Shown piece by piece: positions 55,601-64,000 of a stretch of DNA of 64,000 nt (positions within the stretch are counted from its first letter, which is position 1; each line of letters begins with the position of its first letter). The position numbers were made by a program, and so were the translations under genes. Below the pieces are notes generated by a model. The model saw nothing but the letters and a program-made list of their open reading frames with translations, made no database searches and had not been told where the DNA came from. The stretch is from the human T2T-CHM13v2.0 reference genome, Homo sapiens, in assembly GCF_009914755.1 (NCBI RefSeq), contig NC_060927.1; one strand, 5' to 3'.

Positions 55601-57661
55601 TTTAATGTTAATTTGTGGTGTTTAGCTTTTTCAATCATGATAACCATTGGCTTTTCATGTAGAAATATATCAATGCATTAATGTTATATAGTGTATATTT
55701 GTTACTATTTGGTAGAGGGAAAACTTAAGTTATCATAATCTTTTGTTCATTGGTATAAAGAACAAACTCAAAATAAAAAAGGTAGAGCCATACATTGGTT
55801 GACAAACACAATAGGACTTGGGAATCTTTATAAAAATAGGTAATGTAGAAAAATTTTCATAATAATTAGTTTCATTTTTTCTAAGTGGCTGGCACTCTAT
55901 ATGCACTACTTTATTTAACACAATAACTCTTTATAGAACATAGCATAATTCTTATTCTAAAATATGAAAATAGAGAGTGACATCAGCAAGATGGTAGAAA
56001 TAGGAGGTCACCCACTCATATCCCCTACAACAAAAAAAGTTTTGCACCTGTTCACAGATAAAAAGCTCTTTGTGGGAGTCTCAGATTCAGGAAAGAGGTT
56101 ATGAAACCTGAGTGGAGCCCAAACTTAGGAGGGTAATTTTGAGAGTGCAGACAGGCATCCAGGTGGCTGATCAACTGATTGTACTCCCAGGTTTATGCAC
56201 AGAAATGGCCCTGTTCCTGGAGGGGCTTGGCTACAGCCCCATTTGGCCTTGAGTCTGCAACCAAAACCATCTACCAAGAAGTCTAGGAAGAATTGTGCAT
56301 ATTAGTGCCATGGCAGAGAGGCTGGTCTGCTTGCTGACATCAGTCTCAGCTGTGGACCTGAAAATTTCCCTGTGGTTTGGCTTCAGCACCCCTCAGCTGA
56401 AGTCTCAGCTCAGAACTGCTCACACAAGTCCCTAGATGGAGACTTACCCAAATCTTATAGCCTGGGATTCTGAGCCTCTGTGATGGGCTCATCAATGTCC
56501 ATCCCACAGCAGATTCTCATGAGGCTCAGTCTCAGGTTTGGCCTTTCCTATTACAACAGTTGGGATACTATCCCATGTGCAGTGACCTGGTGGGAGGTGT
56601 GTACCCATTTGAGCCAGCAAGACAGGCTTACCAGCCACCATCCACAGCAGATCCTGAGGGGTCCAGTCTCAGCTCTAGCTCCACTTGCTGCAGTAAGGAA
56701 CCTATCCTACCTGTGCAGAAACCTGCTGGGAGGTGTGCCTATCTGGGCAACCATGACAGTCTCCCAGGCTTGAGTCCTTGGCCAGCTTTCCTTGGCCAGC
56801 TTTCCCATACAGTATGGGTACTTTTCTTGAGTCTTTCCCACGTACATCTGTGCTGGAGAGCCATGCCAACATCAGAGACCTCATGAGACTCATGGAAAAC
56901 CTGGGCTTAGAATAACCACCAGTGCTGAGATGGCTGCAGGAGCCATTGACGCAGGGAACACAACAGTGTACTTAGAATTTGTAGAAGGTCTTTTGAAGAA
57001 AGATGGGCACAAAGAAATCCAGACTGTAAAGACTGGAATAAATACTGAATCCTTCAATACAGAGACATTACCATACACCCACAAGCACTAAGAACATTTG
57101 GGGAAATATCACCTCACCAAATGGACCAAATAAGTCACCAGAGACCAACCCTAAAGTGATGGAGATGTATGACCTCTCAGGCAAAAAACTCAGAATAGCT
57201 GTTTTAAAGGAGTTTAATAAACTTCAAGAGAACACTTTGAAATAATTCAGAAATGTATTAGAGAAATTTAACAGAGACATTGAGATAATAAAAATTCAAA
57301 CAGAAATCCTGCAACTAAAAAATTTAATGACTAAAATAAAAAATGCAACAAAGCATCAACAGCAGAATTGCTCAAGCAGAAGAAAGAATCAATGCACTCA
57401 AAGACAAACTATAGTCTTGTAAAAAATACAAAGTCAGAGGAGAAAAAAGAATAAAAGGATGGAAGAAAGTTTATGGGATCTATAGGACAACATCAAAAGA
57501 GAGAATACTTGGGTCGTTGTAGTTAAAAGGGGAAGTGGGAAGGACAAAGGGTTAGAGAGCTAATTCAAAGAAATAATAGCAGAATACTTTCCAAACCTGG
57601 AGAAAGATATAAATTTTCAAGTGTAGGAAGGTCAAACATCACCAATCACATTCAAGTTTAA

Positions 57662-58984
<1,323 letters not shown>

Positions 58985-59210
58985 ATGAAATTAGAAATCC
59001 TCATTCTCAGTAAACTATCACAAGAACAAAAAACCAAACACCGCATATTCTCACTCATAGGTGGCAATTGAACAATGAGAACACATGGACACAGGAAAGG
59101 GAACATCACACTCTGGGGACTGTTGTGGGGTGGAGGTAGGCGGGAGGGATAGCTTTAGGAGATATACCTAATGCTAAATGACGAGTTAATGTGTGCAGCA
59201 CACCAGCATG

Positions 59211-59291
59211 GCACATGTATACATATGTAACTAACCTGCACATTGTGCACATGTATACATATGTAACTAACCTGCACATTGTGCACATGTA
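59211..59291. repeat. 36-bp perfect tandem duplication in the L1 3'UTR
   Basis: gcacatgtatacatatgtaactaacctgcacattgt twice, followed by gcacatgta. Confidence 0.95.
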
Positions 59292-59395
59292 CCGTAAAAC
59301 TTAAAGTATAATAAAAAAAATTTACAAACTGCTTAACACAAACTTTTTTTTGAGAAAAATAAAACATACTGTGTATTTCCTTGCTGTTTTAAAAA

Positions 59396-59770
59396 AAATG
59401 TGGCACATATACACCACGGAATACTCTGCAGCCATAAAAAAGGATGAGTTCATGTCCTTTGTAGGGACATGGATGAAACTTGAAACCATCATTCTCAGCA
59501 AACTATCACAAGGACAAAAAACCAAACACTGCATGTTCTCACTCATAGGTGGGAATTGAACAATGAGAACACACAGACACAGGAAGGGGAACATCACACA
59601 CCGGGGGCCTGTTGTGGGGTTGGGGGAGGGGGGAGGGATAGCATTAGCAGATATACCTAATGTTAAATGACGAATTAATGGGTGCAGCACACCAACATGG
59701 CACATGTATACATATGTAACAAACCTGCACGTTGTGCACATGTACCCTAAAATTTAAAGTATAAAAAAAA
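59396..59770 (+). mobile_element. Second L1 3'-end fragment (L1PA4/5-like)
   Basis: Diagnostics differ from the upstream copy: 'ctcagcaaactatcacaagga', 'ccggggcctg', 'caccaacatgg' and 'aacaaacctgcacgtt'. Confidence 0.9.
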
Positions 59771-62236
59771 GAACACCTCGACATGTTATAATCAAACTCT
59801 CAAAATTCAAAGACAGAGAGGATCCTGAAAGCAGTGAGAGAGAAGAAGCAAATGGCATACAAGGGAGATCCAATACACCTTGCAGCAGACTTCTCAGCAG
59901 AAACTTTGCAGCCAGGAGGAAGTGGGACAATATATTTACAGTGCCGAGGAAAAAAAGCCCTGCTAACAAAGAATACTGTACCTCACATATATATGCTTCA
60001 GAAATGAAGGAGAGACAAGAATTTTCCAGGCAAACAAAAGCAGAGGAAATTCATTGCTACAAGACATGTACTAGGAATTCTAGCTAGAACTTTTAGGTAA
60101 GGGAAAGAAATAAAGGGCTTTCAGATTAGAAAGGAGAAAGTAAAATTGTTTGTGTTTGCAGACGACGTGATTTTATATACAGAAAACCCTACAGACTCCA
60201 CCAAAAACATTTTAGGACTAACAAACAAATTCAGTGAAGTTGCAAGACACAAAATCAACATACAAGAGTCAGTAGTATTTCAATGCATCAATGATGAACT
60301 ATTTGAAAACACAACCAAGAAAGCAATTCTATTTACAATAGCTATGAAAACAAAATACCTAAAAATAAATTTTGCCAGGGACTTGAAAGATCTCTACAAT
60401 GAAAACTCAAAATTAAAAAAATCTGATGAAAAAACTGAAGAAGACACTAATAAATTGAAAGATATTCATGTTCCTAGATTGAAAGAATTAATACTGGTAA
60501 AATGTTCTTACTACCCAAAGCCATATACAGGTTCGGTGCAATCCCTATCAAAATGCCAATCACATTTTACAGAAATATAAAATAAAACAATTCTAAAATT
60601 CATATGAAACCACAAAAGACCCCAAATAGCCAAAGCAATCTTAAGGAAAGAGCACAAAGCCTGAGGTATCACACTTCCTGGCTTTAAAATATACTACAGA
60701 GCAATAGAAACCAAAACAGCATGGTAATGGCATAAAAACAGACACACGGACCAACGGAATGGAATAGATAACCCAGAAATAAATATATATATTACAATCA
60801 ACTTCTTTTTGACCCAGGTGCCAAGAGCACATATTGGGTAAAGGATAGTCTTTTTAATAAATTGTGCAGGGAAAACTGGATATTCACACGCAAAAGAATG
60901 AAACTAGACCCCTATCTCTCACCATTTACAAAAATCAACTCGAGTTGATTAAAAACTTAAATGTAAGACCCCAAACTATGAAATTACTAGAAGAAAACAT
61001 AGAGGAAACACTTCTAACATCAGTCTGGGCAAGGATTTTTTTGAATAAGGTCTAAAAGACAAAGGCAACAAAACTAAAAATAGACAAATAGAATTATGTC
61101 AAACTAAACAGCTTTTGTACCACAAAGGAAGCCATCAACAGAATGCAAAGATAGCCTACAGAATGGGAGAAAATATTTGTGAACTATGCATCTGAGAAGG
61201 GGCTAATATCCGGAATATATAAGGAACTCAAACAACTCAATAGCGACAAACAAACAAACAAACAAGCAAACAAAACCCCCCAAATAATCTGATTTTAAAA
61301 TGAACAAAAAATCTGAATAGACACTTCTCAAAAGAAGACCAACAGGTATATGTAAAAATGCTCAACATCACTAGTCATCGTGGAAGTGCAAATCAAAACC
61401 ACAATGAGATGTTATCTTTCTCCAGTTGGAATGGCTGTTATCAAAAAGACAAAAAAAATAATAAATGCTGGCAAGGATGGGGAACTCTTATACACTGTTT
61501 CTAGGAATGTAAATTAATCCAGCCATTATGGACAATAGGATGGAAGATCCTAAAAAAATAAAAAATAGAACTACCATAAGATCCAGCATCCCACTACTTG
61601 ATACATATCTAAAGGAAATGAAATCAGTATGTCAAAAAGTTTTCTGTACTCTCATGTTTATTACAGCATTAGTGACAGTAGCCAAGGTATGGAATCATTC
61701 TAAGTGTCCAAAAATGGATGAATGCATAAAAATGTGGTACATACTTAATGGAATACTATTCAGTCGTAAACAAGTTAGATAGGAGGAGTAATTTCTGGTG
61801 TTCTATTGTACAGCAGGGTGACTATAGTTAACAATAATATATTGTATATTACAAACTTGTTAGGAGAGAGGCTTTTGGATGTTCTCACCACAAACAGATG
61901 ACAAGTATTTGAGGTGCTAGATATGCTAATTACCCTGATTTGATCATTACACAAGGTATACATGTATTAAAATATCACACCATACCACATAAATATGTAC
62001 AGTTATTATGTATCAATTAAAAACAACACAAAACTTTACAAATATGAAAGTAAGTTTAACTAGGATAATGGCTTGCATTGAAATTCAGGTCTGGTTCTAA
62101 AACTCAACCTCTTCTGTAGTATCACATCACCTCCCACTCAAACTGTAAGAAATCATGTTGGAGTGTTCATGTCAGCTAGCCTTAATATTCAATTGGCCTG
62201 AATGATTTGGAATAGGACACGTTTCACTGTGGTATG

Positions 62237-62560
62237 TGGTGATGCCAGTCATCCTCCAAGTCTTAGTGGCTTAAAACAGCTCAGCACCACTTTTGCTCAT
62301 GCTACATATAAATTCTGCTTCATGTTGTCCTTACTCCATGATCTAGGCTGACAGGGAAGCCTTTCTTTGGAGGACTGCCAATCTGTAGACAGAAGGGAAG
62401 GAAGAACATGGAGAGTGTGCACTGGTTCTTAAAGTTTCCACTTGGAAGTGACGTATCACCTCAGCTCAAATTTATTGGCCCAAGCAAGTCATTTGACCAT
62501 GTCAGACTCTATGGTGCTAGGGAAGTGCAATTTTACCATATGCCTGGAAGCACAGAGGCC
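62237..62560 (-). mobile_element. Old MaLR LTR (MLT1 family)
   Basis: 'tcttagtggcttaaaacagc...ttattggcccaagcaagtca'. Confidence 0.55.
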
Positions 62561-63574
62561 CAAAATATCTCTCCACCCTTCCCAAGTTGCCTTCTGGATG
62601 AAATATACATGCAAAATCAAATTCTTTACATGTATTGTGACCTTGGGCAGCACATACAGCTGTATGGCTTTGGGCAAATTATCTAATAATTCCACATAAT
62701 AACACCACAGGGTTGTTGTGAAGATTAAATGAGAAAACTGTCTTTCTTTTTTCTAAGTACACTTTTAAAAAACAGAATTGAGGACACACCGTATACATAA
62801 TTTCACATTCTACTTTTAAAGTCAATGTTATTTCATAAACATTTCCCCAAGTTATTATGAACTCCTTGTAGGTATTCTTATTATATTAGAATAATATTAC
62901 AGGATACATTCTAAAATAAGGTATACATTTCTATATAAAAGGGCATTTTGCATTTGTAAGATGTTCCCAATTTTCAGTGGCTCCTTATCATCCAAATAGG
63001 TGCTACTTCATTAAAGGAAGAAGTGGAATCTCAGGCTGGAATTGCCCCCAACCATTCCCTGGTGAGATGAATCAAACTTCCCACTGAGGACGACAGGCTC
63101 CGGCACACATGCTTCTCCACATAAAGGTTTGGGAGGACGTCTCCCCAAGGAACAGAGTGCTCAGCGTTGTTTTGTAGGTCAAGGAGAAAGCCCTAAGGTG
63201 GATTTAAAAAATTGCTTTTACTGAAGTAAATGGATAAACTGAAACTGCTGCACAGAAAACACTGGTCATTGCAGCTTGAATATTAGTGACCTAGTAAGGA
63301 AAGGAGAGAAGATAACAATCCTTAAACAAGTTCAGAGCATCATGGATATGAGAGAGGACATTAGCCATTAGCACGCTTCACTTTCCTGGGTGTGGCCTGT
63401 GCCCTGAGCCATCTATTTGGAAGCCTATAAGAGCTGGGACCTTAAAAAATATAACTTTTTAATCAATACTATTTTAAAAGTATTATTTTTCTGAACTTAA
63501 CTGCCACATTTCACCCCCATCTCTGACTTAGAGAAGAATTTAAGAGCTAGAGGAAATGTAAATAATCTTCCATT

Positions 63575-63880
63575 TATTTATTCATTATTTTATTTACCCA
63601 CTCATTCACTCATTTATTCACTTATTCACCACTCACATGCTTCAGAAGCATTTATTGACTGTTCTTATACGGAGGGAGACAGACAGTCTCTGGTCTTAGA
63701 GGTTCACTTTCTGTAGGTGATATCATGCAAGCAACTGACATTTAACACAGATTGAACTCATTATGGGGCATTTTGGGAACATAGAAAAGGGACATCTTTG
63801 CCAGCTTGGCAATCAGAGAAGGCTTCCAGAGCTGTGATGGTTAGGCTAAGACTTGAAGAGCAAGAAGAGGTTATGAGCAG
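63575..63880 (-). mobile_element. L2 3' fragment
   Basis: Decayed (ttca)n tail, 'aagcatttattgact', and 'tcagagaaggcttcc...agacttgaag'. Confidence 0.65.
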
Positions 63881-64000
63881 TCCTTTTAACAGGCACCTGG
63901 CTAGCTGTTAACCTAAAGGGTACCCCTGGTTTCCTGGCTCACTTATGGGGAGAAGATCTCATATCTGGGCTTAAATGAGGTGAACTGAGCATTGTAGAGT

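Noticed and set aside
59615-59637. G-quadruplex-like G tracts (also near 23650-23682 and 27238-27257)
   Set aside because: These are the standard G-rich tract of L1 3'UTRs, not a locus-specific feature.

Overview
Repeat-rich primate (human-like) intergenic or intronic DNA. I could not support any host protein-coding exon, RNA gene, CRISPR array or prokaryotic system. Every recognisable ORF in the track is a LINE-1 ORF1/ORF2 remnant or a chance frame in Alu/SVA sequence. The main elements are: a near-complete MaLR (MLT1) provirus at 2.4-7.2 kb, split by a minus-strand SVA; a full-length but inactivated L1PA6/7-like element with TSDs (17.7-23.8 kb); several Alus; many ancient MIR/L2/MER/MLT fragments; a twin-primed inverted L1MA (43.4-44.4 kb); a 438-bp tandem duplication (47.0-47.9 kb); and a head-to-head pair of internally deleted old L1s (54-62 kb), one hosting a composite young L1PA insertion. 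The strongest finding is that the SVA's 16-bp target-site duplication encloses about 1.1 kb of extra sequence (L2, MER3 and AluY) ending in its own AATAAA and poly(A), which is an SVA-mediated 3' transduction. A second probable transduction lies at 57.7-59.8 kb. Subfamily names come from recalled consensus diagnostics, not from a RepeatMasker run, and the boundaries of ancient repeats are approximate.
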